Shown in pieces: positions 1 to 13,831 of a DNA stretch of 64,000 nt (the first letter of the stretch is position 1; each line of letters begins with the position of its first letter). A model generated the notes under the pieces. That model saw only the letters and a program-made list of their open reading frames with translations, was not told the DNA's origin and searched no databases. Origin of the DNA: Azolla caroliniana (lineage: Eukaryota > Plantae > Polypodiophyta); assembly GCA_043228905.1 (NCBI GenBank), contig JBHGNT010000006.1, positions 11,532,001 to 11,596,000 of the forward strand. The letters are read 5' to 3'. The position numbers and the translations under genes are program-made.

Positions 1-381
1 GAATTTTCTTCTTAATATTAAATTTGATATAAAGTACAAAGCTCGCTTCATAAAAAATCCCCTTTTGCTTGATTCCTCCACTCTTTTATAGATGCCCCCA
101 TGCATATGGTGCATGTGAGGGTGCAAGACATGCACGAAATGCATGAAATGCATGCAATGCATGCTTGACATGTCATCATCTAAGCTCTCACACATGAGAA
201 TTTACATGTAAAGCTATAATGATAAAAATATAATCCTTAAAGAAATGGTTTGGCTTAATGATAAGCCTATTGCTTCCTATCTTGGAGGTGTTAGGTTCAA
301 GTCTTGCTTAGATCTTTTTCTTTTATGCACAAAATACTATTAGGCTTTTGGACCAAATATCTTTAAGACACCATGCACCGT

Positions 382-1016
382 TGTCGAGGTATTCCTCGCG
401 GATGCGTGGAATGAGGCGGAACCTTAGGGGTCCTGTACCAAAGAGCGAGAGAGGAAGGGGAAGAACCCTCTACGTGCGAGCGTAGATCCACAGGGACACG
501 GCCCTTCGATGCAAAGACGCAAGTGGGACAGCGACACAGAAAGACACGAATGTATGTATGTATTAACAAAGACAAACAACAAGAACACGAAGACAACAAA
601 ACACGAAGTCGGTTACAACCGAACAGGCCGGCGAACAGATGCCGATACCTGTTCGTAAACGCACGGAAAGACAGGAACAGGTTGGAGGTGCTGCCGGAAG
701 CACTCGGGCATTCCTCAGAGCAGCGCGAGCCTCCCGAAACCTGCACAGAAGGAAGCTATGGAGTTTGTGAACCAGAGAGAGAGAGAGAAGCCTTCGCACG
801 CAAACCGACAGCACTTCGTCCTCGACTCTCCGCGATCCCCTACCCTCCTCGTCTCCCTCCTTTTTATAGGCAAGGAAGGAGCCGTTTCCCCTTTACTCCC
901 TACCTACCGAATCTACCTAGGATCTCCTACGTACAACTTAAGGCGCGCGTGCATGAAGAGTCGGTTTCTACGCTCCGGTGCACGGATTCCGCTCGTGGAC
1001 GGTTTTCTTCACGACA
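382..1016 (-). repeat. 3' LTR of gypsy A
   Basis: TGTCG...CGACA ends; direct repeat of 12491-13125. Confidence 0.95.
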
Positions 1017-1089
1017 TCCGCCCCCACCTAACCGTGCATCCACCGGCATGCGCCAAATTGTGTTGGGACGGAGAAAACCGGTCCAGCCT

Positions 1090-2288
1090 TCATTCCCCGC
1101 CCGTCGGTTCTTCCTCGGTTTTGGATCGTTCGTCGTCCCGGTCCAGGTTAACCGGATCCGGTTCGTTGTCGTGACGCTTCTTGAACGCTTTGATCCGCTT
1201 CCCAGCTACCGGTATCGCTATTCTTGTGCCGTCGAGTTCCGCCAGATGGTACATCCCGTTGTCGTTGGCGCTTTGTACCACGTAAGGCCTGAACCACCTT
1301 CTTGCGAACTTCCGTGTCGCTCGGTGCTGGTTGTCGAGGCTGCTGTCGTAGACTAGCACCCAGTCGCCTTCCTCGATCCTCTTCGGTCGGAGCCGGTGCG
1401 TTCGGTCGAACCGGGCTTTGTTCCTCGTCCTTGCCACTCGAAGCTTTCCCGTGGCCTGCTCCACATCCTCCGGTCTTCGCTCGAGCTGTCGTATGCGCGC
1501 CGCCAACAGTTCCTCCCGGCTCATCTCGTCTCTCCAGTCCACGGTTGCCCAAGAGGAGATCGTGCGTTCCATCGGCATGATCGACTTCTGCCCAAACATC
1601 AGCTCTGCCGGCATGAATCCGGTTACCGAACTGTGCGTAGTTCGGTCTGCCCACAACGCGTAAGGCAACAGCCGCGGCCAGTTCCCGACTTGACCTCCGC
1701 ATGCCCGAACCAACGCCTTGACGATCGGTCCGTGTCCGCGCTCCACCTTCCCATTCGCCTCCAGATTATACGCAGTGGTAAGCGAGAGCTTGAATCCTAG
1801 CCGATCGAACAGCTCCTCGGTCTCTTCGGCGTCCAACTCCCCGCGATCAGCCATTATCTTCCCGACGCACCTGTACCGACATATCACGTCCTCGATCAGG
1901 AACCGACATACGACCGCGGTCGTTTTGTTCTGAAGGGCCCGGCCTTCTACCTGGTTCGTCAGATCTTCCCGAGCCAGGACCAGATACCGCATCTGTCCTA
2001 CTCCCATCGACATCGTCACCAGGTCTACCATCCATTTGAAGTGGATGGTCGGAGGGTACGTAGGGTGAAGCTTGTCCCGATGTCGGACTATGGAGTGCAT
2101 CTGACAGCTCTCGCAAGTCGTCACGAACCGATGCACGTCCCGGTACAGTCCCGGCCACCAGTACTTCCCCTTTATCTTCTCGAACGTGGCCCACGTTCCA
2201 CGGTGTCCAGCCCAAGGGCTGTCGTGGTAGGCCGTCAGCAGCTCCTCCTGTTCTTCCTTCATCGCCACCACCCGGAGCGGGATGCCGT
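1090..2288 (-). pseudogene. Integrase of gypsy A (HHCC zinc finger, DDE core, GPY-like region), separated from RT-RH by insertion B
   Basis: H..GH..C..C, ADRGE and NGKVERGH motifs; colinear with the C-terminus of the intact pol at 44440-47838. Confidence 0.93.
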
Positions 2289-3405
2289 TGTCGTGAAGAT
2301 CCGTCACTACACGCGGATCGTGAGGCGGAACCGCCGGGGTTCTGGACCGGAAGGATTCAGAGTCGATACAAGCTTTGGCGAGAAAGTAGTTAAGATAGAT
2401 TGGGAAAGAGAGAAGTTGAGATTACACAATTGATTTGATAACGAATTTCTTCCTCTTAATTTTCATAAAAAAAAAACCGTGTTTTTCTCCTCCCCCTTCC
2501 CTCTTTTATAGATGCTCTCATGCATATGATGCATGTGAGGGTACAAGGCATGCATAAATTGCATGTTTGCCATTTGGCGCTTAAGTATTACATGTGGTGA
2601 ATGTTAACCATGTCACTCATTTTAGCACTCATGGATGAGAATTTACATGTAAAAGTATAATGATAGAAATATAATTTTAACTAAATACTATGGCTTAATG
2701 GTAAGCCATTTGTCTCCTAACTTGGAGGTGCAAGGTTCGAATCCATACTTGCCCTCCTTGTATATGTATATATTTTTATATATTTATTTTATCTAGTCGC
2801 CGGTTCGCCGGATGCCGCCGCCGGATACCGGTGCTGCCGCCGGATGCTGACGCCGACGCCGGATACCGTCGCCGGATGCCGACGCCGAATACCGGTGCCG
2901 TCGCCGGATGCCGACGCTGAATACCAGTGCCGCCGCTGGATGCCGACGCCGACGCCGGATACCGGTGCCGCATGCCGCCATCGGATTGCGGTCGGATGCC
3001 GTCGGATCACCGGCTCCATCGCCGGTCCGGTTTTGGTTGGCCAAAACCCTTTACGAGTAGCTAGCCACCTCCACTCTAAGTTCAAGTTACCTTGAACTCT
3101 CTATGCTCCACACATAGACACAAAGATAATATCTTTTGCTCCACCTTATATATGATGAGAGTCGTATTTGTCGTGCCTATGTGGGATATCTCACAATTTT
3201 CTCTTTTCTTTTCACAAACTTTATACCCTCATATCTTGACATTTAGTTGTCCATTTCTCGTGTAATAAAGTGCATTCGAAACCTCCATCATTTTGTACTT
3301 TAGATATTAAAATTGTTATCTTCACAATTATTGTATTACATGATTCATACTCGATTTTGTACGTTTTATGGGATTTTCACACTATTGCCGAAAATCTTCA
3401 CGACA
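2289..3405 (-). repeat. 3' LTR of gypsy B (about 1.1 kb)
   Basis: Bases 2436-3405 are repeated at 7172-8052; TG..CA ends with inverted repeat. Confidence 0.9.
2800..3005. repeat. GC-rich minisatellite (CCGGATGCCGACG-like units) within LTR B; fewer units in the other LTR at about 7540-7650
   Basis: Repeated ccggatgcc / ccggatacc / gacgcc units seen directly. Confidence 0.85.
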
Positions 3406-3477
3406 TCCACCCCCACCAAACCGCACGTCCTCCGGTACGTGCCAAGAAGAGAAGAAGTGAGATTTCGGCTACGATGA

Positions 3478-6400
3478 TCAATTAGATTCCTCCATGTCTT
3501 CATTTTCATCTGGCCTATTATGTTCATCGTCGAGGTAATCGAGGTCAGGATCCTTGTCTTGTCTTTTCTTGAAAAGCTTTACTCTTTTTCCCGCAATGGG
3601 TACGTTCAACCTTGATTCGTCTAGTTCCGCAAGGTGGTATGTGGCATTATCGTTGGCACTTGTCACCACATACGGCCCGAACCATCTTCTTGCGAACTTC
3701 CTTGTTGTACTATGTTGATTGTCAAGGGTGCTGTCGTAGACCAAAACCCAATCCCCTTCTTCAATCTTCTTGGGACGAAGTCGATGCGTGTTGTCGAACC
3801 GAACTTTGTTCTTTACTCGGGCTGCCTTCATCATCTTTCGCGCTTTTTCTAAATCTTCAGGTCTTCTTTGAAGTTGCCTTATCCGCGCCGCTAATAACTC
3901 TTCTCGGCTCATCTCGTTCTCCCACGGTATCGCTACCCATGAGGCGATCGTCCTTTCGATGGGCATAATCAGCTTTAGTCCATACATAAGCTCCGTCGGC
4001 ATATACCCTGTCACCGAGCTATGTGTCGTTCTCGTTGAAGGCGTGGAGGGTTTGCGTGTCCTGGTCTTCCGCCGACAATCAAGCCATCTTGAAGAAGTCG
4101 AGGGTGACATCTTCATCTTCCGAAACCATGTTACTTCCGTTTGAAAATCTTGCCCTCGATAGCATGTCAGCCATGGCGTTCTTCTTCCCTGCGATGTGAC
4201 GGATTTCTGGGTTTAAAGACTTGATGTAGGCGATCCACCTTAGCATAGCAAGATCTGGGGTCGCACATCCCGAGACCATTCCGAGAATTGGGAGACAATC
4301 TGTCTCTATTATCACTTCTGACCCGATTAGGTAATCTTTGTCCATCTTCACTGCCGACACAATACCCCAAAGTTCCCGCTTGACTTGGGCATATCTTTGT
4401 TGCCGTTCGCTGAGAACCTTTGCTCCGAACCGGACGGCATATCACGCATTATCTTCACCTTCTTGATTGATGACCCACCCAATTCCGGTTGGGCTCGTAT
4501 CTACGGTCACGTAAATTGGCTTCCCTTCGGCATAGTCGGCCTTCCTTAGTGCCGGAGCTTCAAGAAGCAGTTTCTTTAATCTTTGCATCGCCTCTGTGTG
4601 CTCGTCTCGCCATTCGAACTTTATTCTTTTCTTTAGTAGTCCATATAACGGTTTGGCGACATGAGCATAGTGAGGAATCCATATATGATAAAATGCGCAC
4701 GCTCCAAGGAACCTTCGAACCTCCGTTTGGTTTTCGCATTCTTCTTTCATGTCTTGGATTGCATTCACTTTGGATGGCGAGGGCTTTCGGCCGTATGCTC
4801 CACACAAGTGACCTACCACCAAGATCTCTGGTTGCCCGAATGCGGATTTTTCTCCCGAAAATGTCAAATTCGCATCTTCGAGCCTTTGAAGCACCTTCTC
4901 GCAATCTTTCATATGATCCGCAACGAACTTTCTACAACCTTCCTTATCTTTCGATTCATCTTTCTCCTCATCCGAACATCCTTTTATCGGAATATCATCC
5001 AAGAATGGCATTGTGATGTCCGGAATGCAATCCTTCAAGACTTTATTCATGGCATTCACCATATGAGCCACCGAGTTCGTTGCGCCTTGGGGTAAGGTAC
5101 ACATCCGCACAAGCCCGATCGGAGTCCTCATGGTTGTAATGTCCCGACTGTCGATCGCCAACTGGAATTGGTCATATCCGGAGTAGAGATCGCCAATGGA
5201 GTAGATGGACCGGCCCGCAAACGCTTCGGCAAATTCGTCCACGCTCGGACCGATTCCGGCATTTCGAATTGTCACCTTGTTGACGGGTTGAAGATCTTGG
5301 ATGAATCGCAATGATCCATTCTTCTTCGGCACCGTGAACCACCTATTGGAATAAGGAGCATTCGACGGTTCTAGAATTCCCATACTCACCTTCTCCTTTA
5401 AGAGCTCGATCAGCTTCGGAAGGTGTGCTCTCGGAACCGGTATCGGTTTCAAATTCCAAGGCACATGAGGCACCGTGAAGATCACCATTGGCTCTATAAC
5501 CTTTGGGTCGGCGCATCCGATTTCTCGTGGGAAGAATGCGAAAGCCTTCCCATGTCTCTCAAGCATATCGCGAAACATTCGCTCCTCTTCAGGGAGAAGG
5601 AAATCCTCCTTTCCAACTCGTAGCTTCCCCTTCGTCTCTTTGGTAAAGTCATGACCTATCTTCTTTGGATCTCTTAAGCTTGGATCGTTAGCGACTTCCT
5701 TCATCTTTTGCCAGCTATCTTCCGGTAATGGAACCGCAACTGGCTTGATCTTCTTATCCACTGTTTTATATTTCGTGTTGATGTCAGCTTCATTCATCGA
5801 GATGCCACGACGGTATTCATCGATGATAGCGTACATGTTGACGGAGTTAACCGAAATCACACGTTGGTTGTGAAGATAGCTCAAGTCCACGACGTCCTCG
5901 ATTTCGCCGATGGTGTCGTTAAATGAGGCTTCTTCCATAATATGAGTCATGAACTCTCCTTCTTCTATTATGTTCTCTTCTTTCAGCATCTTCTCGAATT
6001 CTTGTATCCGGCGCTTGTGCTTCTTGTCGGGTAGTACTAGTTTACATGCGCCACTAGGTGTGACACATGTCGCTTCTCCTTGCAATCCACACACTCTTCT
6101 TTCTTGTGGGGTCTTGTGATTTCTCGGACTATTTGTGCCCCATGCTTCAATAGTCCGCTCTAAAAATCCGAGGATTCGCCTCCGAGACTATCTCGATTCC
6201 TTTCATGATTGGCTCGCACCGTTAGGAATTGGACCGATCTTTGGTTGTCAAGACTCTTTATTCGTGCGAAGGCTGCTCCATTATCGAACACTTTGGTCTC
6301 CATCCGAGATGATGTGATATAAGGTTGCCCTAGGATGACAGGATGTGACGAAGAAGTGTTGTTCCATCTCCACATCCCCGATCGTGACTTGCCGATTCTT

Positions 6401-7171
6401 GTACGAAGAAGTGTTGTTCCATCTCCACATCCCCGATCGTGACTTTGATATTGGGACAAGCTCCGTACAAGTCCTCCGTAGACTTTGTTGCTGCGCGAAT
6501 CTTCCATCCGTGGTTTGTATTGATTGGCCATCTTCCCTTTTTGTAGAAGTCGGTTGACATGAGGTTGATCTCCGAGCCATGGTCAATCAAGGCTACGACG
6601 GTCTCTTTCTTCTCCCCGATCTTCACCGGCGTCTCCGTTGTCGCTCGTGCCCAATGAGGTCGAGTGTAGTGGCTGTCCACCATATCTTCATCGATTTCGT
6701 CTCTTGCCATCGTTATGGCATTCGTTTTTGCTTTCTGCGGCTTCTCTTCTTCCTCGTCCGATTGTTGTCTCTTTCTCTTAACAAGGTCCACGATCGTGTC
6801 ATGGAACTCCTTCTTCGTAATGCCAAGCAATTCCCTCAAGGACAAAGTTACGTGGCTATCAAGAACTCGTTCTTCGAGAATCTTCTTTAGGTCCGTCGTC
6901 TGCTCTATGTCCGACCTTAGCTTATAGGTAGGTATGGTCCTTGTCCTCCGAGTGGGGTCTTCGACACCAACCTTCACGGGCCGAACCGTTTCTTCAACTC
7001 GTATGCTCGGCTCCCCTTTTCGGCTTGATTCTCGTTCCTCCGTTTGTAAAGGTCGACTTGTCTCCGCATCGTCCTTCTTTTTCGCGTTCCTTGTTTCATG
7101 TCTTTTTGATGGCCCTTGCTCTTCTATTCTCTTTCTCTTTTCTTCGACGAACACCTCGTGGTTGTCGCACA
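3478..7171 (-). pseudogene. gag-protease/pol remnants of gypsy B (gag N-terminus and integrase core deleted; about 60-bp local duplication at 6345-6445)
   Basis: ALIDHGSEINL protease, DLYSGYDQF and FLDD RT motifs, RNaseH DTS, integrase C-terminus. Several stops and frameshifts. Confidence 0.9.
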
Positions 7172-8052
7172 TGATAACGAATTTCTTCCTCTTAATTTTC
7201 ATAAAAAAAAAACCGTGTTTTTCTCCTCCCCCTTCCCTCTTTTATAGATGCTCTCATGCATATGATGCATGTGAGGGTACAAGGCATGCATAAATTGCAT
7301 GTTTGCCATTTGGCGCTTAAGTATTACATGTGGTGCATGCTAACCATGTCACTCATTTTAGCACTCATGGATGAGAATTTACATGTAAAAGTACAATGAT
7401 AGAAATATAATTTCAACTAAATACTATGGCTTAATGGTAAGCCATTTGACTCCTAACTTGGAGGTGCAAGGTTCGAATCCATACTTGCCCTCCTTGTATA
7501 TGTATATATTTTTATATATTTATTTTATCTAGTCGCCGGTTCGCCGGATGCCATCGCCGGATGCCGACGCCGACGCCGGATGCCGCCGTCAGATACCGAC
7601 GCCGGATACCGGTGCCGCATGCCGCCATCGGATTGCGGTCGGATGCCGTTGGATCACCGGCTCCATCGCCGGTCCGGTTTTGGTTGGCCAAAACCCTTTA
7701 CGAGTAGCTAGCCACCTCCACTCTAAGTTCAAGTTACCTTGAACTCTCTATGCTCCACACATAGACACAAAGATAATATCTTTTGCTCCACCTTATATAT
7801 GATGAGAGTCGTATTTGTCGTGCCTATGTGGGATATCTCACAATTTTCTCTTTTCTTTTCACAAACTTTATACCCTCATATCTTGACATTTAGTTGTCCA
7901 TTTCTCGTGTAATAAAGTGCATTCGAAACCTCCATCATTTTGTACTTTAGATATTAAAAATGTTATCTTCACAATTATTGTATTACATGATTCATACTCG
8001 ATTTTGTACGTTTTATGGGATTTTCACACTATTGCCGAAAATCTTCACGACA
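7172..8052 (-). repeat. 5' LTR of gypsy B, lacking its last ~147 bp and the PBS
   Basis: Matches 2436-3405 only and is fused directly to mid-gag at 7171. Confidence 0.88.
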
Positions 8053-11000
8053 CCGTTCCTCTTCTTCGGGTGCTTCCATAAGTATCCGTCCCGGAGAAAG
8101 AATCGGTAAGCTTTCTTCCGGATCCGGTTGGCCTCGTCCCTCGTCCATGACGCATCCGGCGTCATTGTCCTCAAAAATCCCCCGATCCGGAGCCACTCGC
8201 CATCGTACTTGCTCTCGTCGAAGTCGTTAAGTGTCGGAGTGCTCGTCCCATCGGTTGTCACGTACGCCGCCTTGAAGAAGTCCACGCCGACTTCTTCGTC
8301 CTCCAAAACCATGCCGCCCTCGTCATCAAACCTCGCCCTCGAAAGCATGTCGGCCATGGCGTTGTCTTTTCCGGAAATGTGTCGTATTTCCGGGTCCAGG
8401 GACTTGATGTACGCTATCCACCTGAGCATCGCCAGGTCCGGTGTCGCGCATCCGGAAACCATGCCGAGAATTGGTAGGCAATCTGTCTCGATAATCACTT
8501 CTGCCCCGATCAGGTAGTCTTTGTCGGCCTTTACTGCCGAAACGATACCCCAGAGTTCGCGTTTAACCTGGGCGTACCCTCGCTGTCGCTCACTGAGGAC
8601 CTTCGCGCCGAATCGGATCGGGAACCGAATGCCGTCCTCGTCTTCTTGGTTGACGACCCATCCGATCCCGGTCGGACTCGTATCCACCGTTATGTATACC
8701 GGGGTACCCTCCCCGTAGACAGCCTTCCGGAGCGTCGGTGCTGCCGCACGAGCTTCCTTCAGCTTCCGGACTGACTCCGTATGCTCGTCTCGCCATTCGA
8801 ATTTTCGCCCTTTCTTCAGCAACCCGTATAGCGGCTCCGCAACGTGGGCGTAATGCGGGATCCATATGTGGTAGAATGCGCATGCCCCCAGGAACCTCCG
8901 AACTTCCGTAACCGAGCTACAGTCGGTCTTCATCGCGGAGATGGCCTCTACCTTTGCCGGAGACGGCTTCCGGCCATATGGCCCACATAGGTGTCCGACT
9001 ACTAGGATTTCCGATTGCCCGAAGGCCGATTTCTCCCCGGAGAAGGTGAGCCTAGCATCCTCTAGCCTTTGTAGCACCTTCTCGCAGTCGTCGATGTGTT
9101 TCGCCACGAATCGCTGGCATCCGTCCGGCCCGACTGTCTCGTCCTTCTCCTCCACCGGGCACCCCTTGATCGGGATGTCGTCTAGAAACGGCATGGTGAT
9201 GTCTGGGATGCAATCCCTTAGTACCTTGTTCATTGCATTCACCATGTGGGCCACCGAGTTGGTCCCTCCTTGTGGCAGGGTACACATTCGCACTAGGCCG
9301 AGGGGAGTTCGCATCGTCGTAATGTCTCTGCTCTCCACGGCTAGCTGGAACTGGTCGTACCCCGAGTACAGATCACCGACCGAGTAAATCGACCTTCCGG
9401 CGAAGGCCTCTGCGAACTCGTCTATGGTCGGTCCGATTCCTGCGTTCCGAATGGTCACTTTGTTGACCGGCTGCAGGTCTTGAATGAAGCGCATCGTTCC
9501 GTTTTTCTTTGGTACGGTAAACCATCGGTTCGAGTATGGGGCACTCGACGGTTCGAGAATGCCCATATCTACTTTCTGCCTCAATAGCTCCATCAACTTC
9601 GGGATGTGAGCTCTCGGTACTGGAATCGGCTTGAGATTCCACGGCACATGCGGTACCGTGAATATCACCATCGGCTCCATGATCGTCGGGTCTGCGCACC
9701 CGATCTCGTCCGGTGAGAATGCGAAGTCTTTCCCGTGCCTTCCGAGCATTCTCCGAAACCGGTCTTCCTCCGCCGGCAGTAGGAACCCGCCCCCACCGAT
9801 CTTGAGCTCCCAGAGCGTCCCGTTGGTGAAGGCGTGTCCTATGCAGGCCGGATCTCGTAAGCTGGGGTCCGACGCAACCCCTTTGATCCGGGACTCGCTG
9901 CCCTCCGGTAAGGGTGCCGCGACTGGCCTTACCTTCCGGTCCACAGCCTTGTACTTTGTGCTAACTCGGGCCGTCCGATCCGACCCGAGCCCCCGACTGA
10001 AGTTCGCGATGACTTCGTACATCTCTTCGGAACATACCGGTATCGTCCGGTCTTCGTTAAGGTCTTCTCCGGCTACCTTCCTCAGCATCCGCAAGGTGTC
10101 GTCGAAGGAGACCGCCTCCACGGCTCCGCTGATTTCCTCGTCCGGGCCGAGAACTCCGCACGCTCGAAGTCGCTCTTCCGCCCTTGTCTTTTCTCGGCCA
10201 ATGATGCCGACTATCATACACCCTCCGTTGTCGGAGAAGCAAAATCTCCTAGCTATCGTACAATCGTGGGGTCTTTCCCGAGTGTCCGGATTGTCTCTGC
10301 CCCACGCCTTGGCAGCCCTCTCTAAAAATCCTCTCGGTTTTCGCCACCGAGGGAATTCGCGGTTTCTCTCGTGGTTCGGCCGCACCGTCAGAAATTGGAC
10401 CGAATGGCGCCCGTCCTGGCTTTTGACCCTCGCGTAGGCCGACCCGTTGTCCAGCACTTTGGTCTCCATCCGCGCCGCCGTGATGTATGGTTCACCTAAT
10501 ATGACCGGGTGCAAGGACGTCTCCTGTACGAAGAAGTGCTGGTCAATCTCGACGTCGCCGATCTTGACTCGCACGTTCGGGCAGGCCCCATGCAGTTCCT
10601 CGGTGGCGCGCGTCGCCGCCCGTATCTTCCACCCGTGCTTGGTGTTGATCGGCCACTTCCCCTTCTTATAGAAGTCCATGGACATCAGGTTTATTTCCGA
10701 ACCGTGGTCCACCAACGCCACCACCTGTTCCTGAACATCTTCGATCTTTACCGGGGTCTCCGTGGTCGCTCGGGCCCAGTGTGGCCTCGAATAGTGGCTC
10801 TCCGCCCACTCATCAACCAGCGCCGAGTCGTCGATGTGCGTCGTCCGCACCTCTACCGGTCTTTCCGGATCCGTCTCCGTCGACAGCCTCTTCCGTTTCA
10901 CCAGGTCTACAATGGAGTCGTGGAACTCCTTGGCGATCCCTAACACCTCTCGCAATGACAGCTCTACTTTGCTGTCGAGGATCCGTTCTTCTAGGACCTT

Positions 11001-12446
11001 TCGTAGGTCCGTAGTCCTTTCTATCTCCATCCCCAGTCGGTATCCGCCCTTCCTGGGGTTATCTTGCGAGTTGGACCCGCCGGCATCGTTCCGTCGTTGC
11101 CCGAATCGGGTCTCGTATCGTTGTGAGGGCCCGGCCGCTCCGGCTTTCCCCACTCGCTTGTCTTCTACCAGAGCCTCGTAGTTCTGGCAGGCGGCTTCTA
11201 CGAAGCCCGTCTTCTCCTCGACCGGATCGCTCCACCCGGTTATTTCCCGGACCCGTCTCTCAGCGTGGTCCGCTTCATCCTTCTTCAACTGTGCGCCGGC
11301 AAGACCTTCCAGCATTGCCGCCTAGAATCCGTCTTTGCCCTCCTTTCGGGCCTCGCTGCCCCCGACCCGAATGCCGGCCGACGCCGAGTAGTGGATGGCC
11401 TCCACGTGTCGGGCCGCTGCCTCTTCCATCAGTCTCTTCATACCTCCTCGTCCGTCGTTTCGGTTCAGGGCCCTCCTGGTGTCGCCGGCGTGCACCCGGC
11501 CTTCCCACAGGTACACCACCCGGTTCCTCAACGCTTCTGCGAAATCGCCGCAGTCCTTCCGGATGTGGCCGACCTCGTCGCACCACATGCACCTGTTCCC
11601 TGCTGCCGGCCGTCGGTCACGAGCCGGTTCGCTGCCTTCCCTTCGAGTCTGGGAGATCTGGAGATCCTTTATCGCCCGCGTCAACTCCTCCAGCGCTGCT
11701 CCTCCGGACGAGCCATTGACCATGCTGGTCGAAGCCGGACCGGTTTCGAGCCATTCGCGGGTTTCTTCCCTTCGCACTTGCGGTGCCGGTTCAAGCCTCC
11801 TTGCTGTGACAGAGCCTGCACCGGCCGCCCCGTTGTCAGCCCATTCTCGCCGTTTATCGAAACGGCCACAGACTCTCTTAACCGCAGCCCAGTCGGTTGT
11901 CAGCCCGTCCTCGGTTTCCAGCAAGGAGCCGGCTTGGTCCCGGTCCCGCTCGTCCACCGACTTGACGAACAGTAGGACCCGGCTCGTATCCAGAACGGTT
12001 CGGTCAAGCGCCGAAAGGCGTGCAAAGCGTTCTTCGAACTCCTGGAGGAGTGCCGTCGCGTTTCTTCCCTTGCCGGGGAACTCCACCCATTCCATGAAGT
12101 CCCGTTTCAAAAGCCGGAGCGCGTCGTCCAGCCCGTATTTTTCTAGGAGTCAGCCTTCGAACTCCTCCCAGGTACGGCTCTCCGCCCGCACCTCGAGCAC
12201 CTCCGCATGGATGCTCGGCATCGCCACTCGAGGAAACCCGGCAAGACGCCTCTCTTCCGGAATGTCCCGCATCAGCATTTCTGCCCCGTAGGATGCCAAA
12301 TACTTCGTGGCATCCTTCCCGCTGAACCGGCCGATCGTACCGACGACCGCCTCGATGGCTCTGTCGAGGGCGCCAGTGCCCTCGCGTGCACTCAATATCT
12401 GATCCATGGCCGAAGCCATGGCCTCCGCAAGATCCGACCCTTTCAT
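8053..12446 (-). pseudogene. gag-PR-RT-RH of gypsy A with premature stops (about 12150 and 11322)
   Basis: Colinear with intact ORFs 42224-44350 and 44341-47838; CCHC knuckle CMWCDEVGHIRKDC. Confidence 0.93.
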
Positions 12447-12468
12447 CTTCTGCTCTTCTACCGCCTCC

Positions 12469-12486
12469 TTCACGTCGGGTTCACCA
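12469..12486 (-). promoter_or_regulatory. Primer-binding site complementary to the tRNA-Trp 3' end
   Basis: Minus strand reads TGGTGAACCCGACGTGAA, 4 nt after the 5' LTR. Confidence 0.85.
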
Positions 12487-12490
12487 AAGA

Positions 12491-13125
12491 TGTCGAGGTA
12501 TTCCTCGCGGATGCGTGGAATGAGGCGGAACCTCAGGGGTCCTGTACCAAAGAGCGAGAGAGGAAGGGGAAGAACCCTCTACGTGCGAGCGTAGATCCAC
12601 AGGGACACGGCCCTTCGACGCAAAGACGCAAGTGGGACAACGACACAGAAAGACACGAATGTATGTATGTATTAACAAAGACAAACAACAAGAACACGAA
12701 GACAACAAAACACGAAGTCGGTTACAATCGAACAGGCCGGCGAACAGATGCCGATACCTGTTCGTAAACGCACGGAAAGACAGGAACAGGTTGGAGGTGC
12801 TGCCGGAAGCACTCGGGCATTCCTCAGAGCAGCGCGAGCCTCCCGAAACCTGCACAGAAGGAAGCTATGGAGTTTGCGAACCAGAGAGAGAGAGAGAAGC
12901 CTTCGCACGGAAACCGACATCACTTCATCCTCGACTCTCCGCGATCCCCTACCCTCCTCGTCTCCCTCCTTTTTATAGGCAAGGAAGGAGCCGTTTCCCC
13001 TTTACTCCCTACCTACCGAATCTACCTAGGATCTCCTACGTACAACTTAAGGCGCGCGTGCATGAAGAGTCGGTTTCTACGCTCCGGTGCACGGATTCCG
13101 CTCGTGGACGGTTTTCTTCACGACA
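12491..13125 (-). repeat. 5' LTR of gypsy A
   Basis: Direct repeat of 382-1016. Confidence 0.95.
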
Positions 13126-13831
13126 CCGTGATCAACCGACCCAACCGATTTGCATTCGTTCAGTTTGGCCCGGTTTGGTTCGCATCTCGAGGTCGCTGGA
13201 TGCCGGATGCCGGTCACCGGTTGCCGCCAGTTTTGGTTGGCCAAAACCTCGCCAGATGTCAAGTCATTGGTTGTCGGCTCTGTCACCTGTTTCGCCGCTG
13301 GTTGTCGTTCACTAGTCGCCGATCGCCGATCGCCGTCCAGTCATTGATTGTCGGCTCCATCCGGTTTCCGGTTTTGTTGTCGGCCGGTTTGAGTTTCTTC
13401 ACCGGCCAGTTTGGGCACTTAGCCACATCCGACAACTTAGCCAGATATGTCCATCTAGACAAAAGTGGCTCAAGTCCAACTATTTATTATGTGATCTTAG
13501 GACATAGATGAAATATGATGGATCTCAATCTGCTGATATAGTTGGAGCCTAAACTTTTCCTATCTATGTGGGATATTTCACAGTTTTAGTTTTCTCTTTT
13601 TTTTCTTTTGCAAAACTTTATACCCACATAACTTGACACTTAGATGTCCAATTCTTATGTAGTAAAAAGCATTCGAAAGCTCTTGAAGACCTCCATCATC
13701 CCATACCAAGATATTAAGCTAATCTAAAATAGTATCTTCTCTATTATTGTTTCATGTCTTGTGTGAAGAACCACACTTGATTTTGTACGTTCCATGCAAT
13801 TTTCACACCGTTGCCGAAAATCTTCACGACA

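Larger units (their letters stand above)
2289..8052 (-). mobile_element. Ty3/gypsy element B (same lineage as A, different LTR, more AT-rich), internally deleted
   Basis: LTR 2289-3405 with 12-bp terminal inverted repeat TGTCGTGAAGAT. Truncated 5' LTR 7172-8052. TSD CCGT at 2285-2288 and 8053-8056. PPT 3406-3418. Confidence 0.92.
382..13125 (-). mobile_element. Ty3/gypsy LTR retrotransposon A (Trp-primed lineage), degenerate, containing nested element B
   Basis: 635-bp near-identical LTRs at 382-1016 and 12491-13125. 4-bp TSD CCGT at 378-381 and 13126-13129. PBS 12469-12486, PPT about 1017-1032. Gag-PR-RT-RH-IN order. Confidence 0.95.
1..13831 (-). mobile_element. Gypsy LTR related to the element-B LTR, split into 1-381 and 13126-13831 by insertion of gypsy element A; extends beyond the left window edge
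   Basis: Ends ...GCCGAAAATCTTCACGACA at 13831, the same terminus as the LTRs ending at 3405 and 8052. Bases 1-381 resemble 2440-2780. It interrupts a copia RNaseH motif (HYHFVRER). Confidence 0.8.

Noticed and set aside
523-1356. 277-aa ORF and similar ORFs duplicated at 12632, 41454-42200 and 47878-48663
   Set aside because: They lie within LTRs, are duplicated only because the LTRs are, and cross element boundaries.
8128-12291. Long plus-strand ORFs antisense to gypsy A gag/pol (and their mirrors at 42379-46568)
   Set aside because: Shadow frames of GC-rich coding sequence; Ser/Pro/Arg-rich with no domain motifs.
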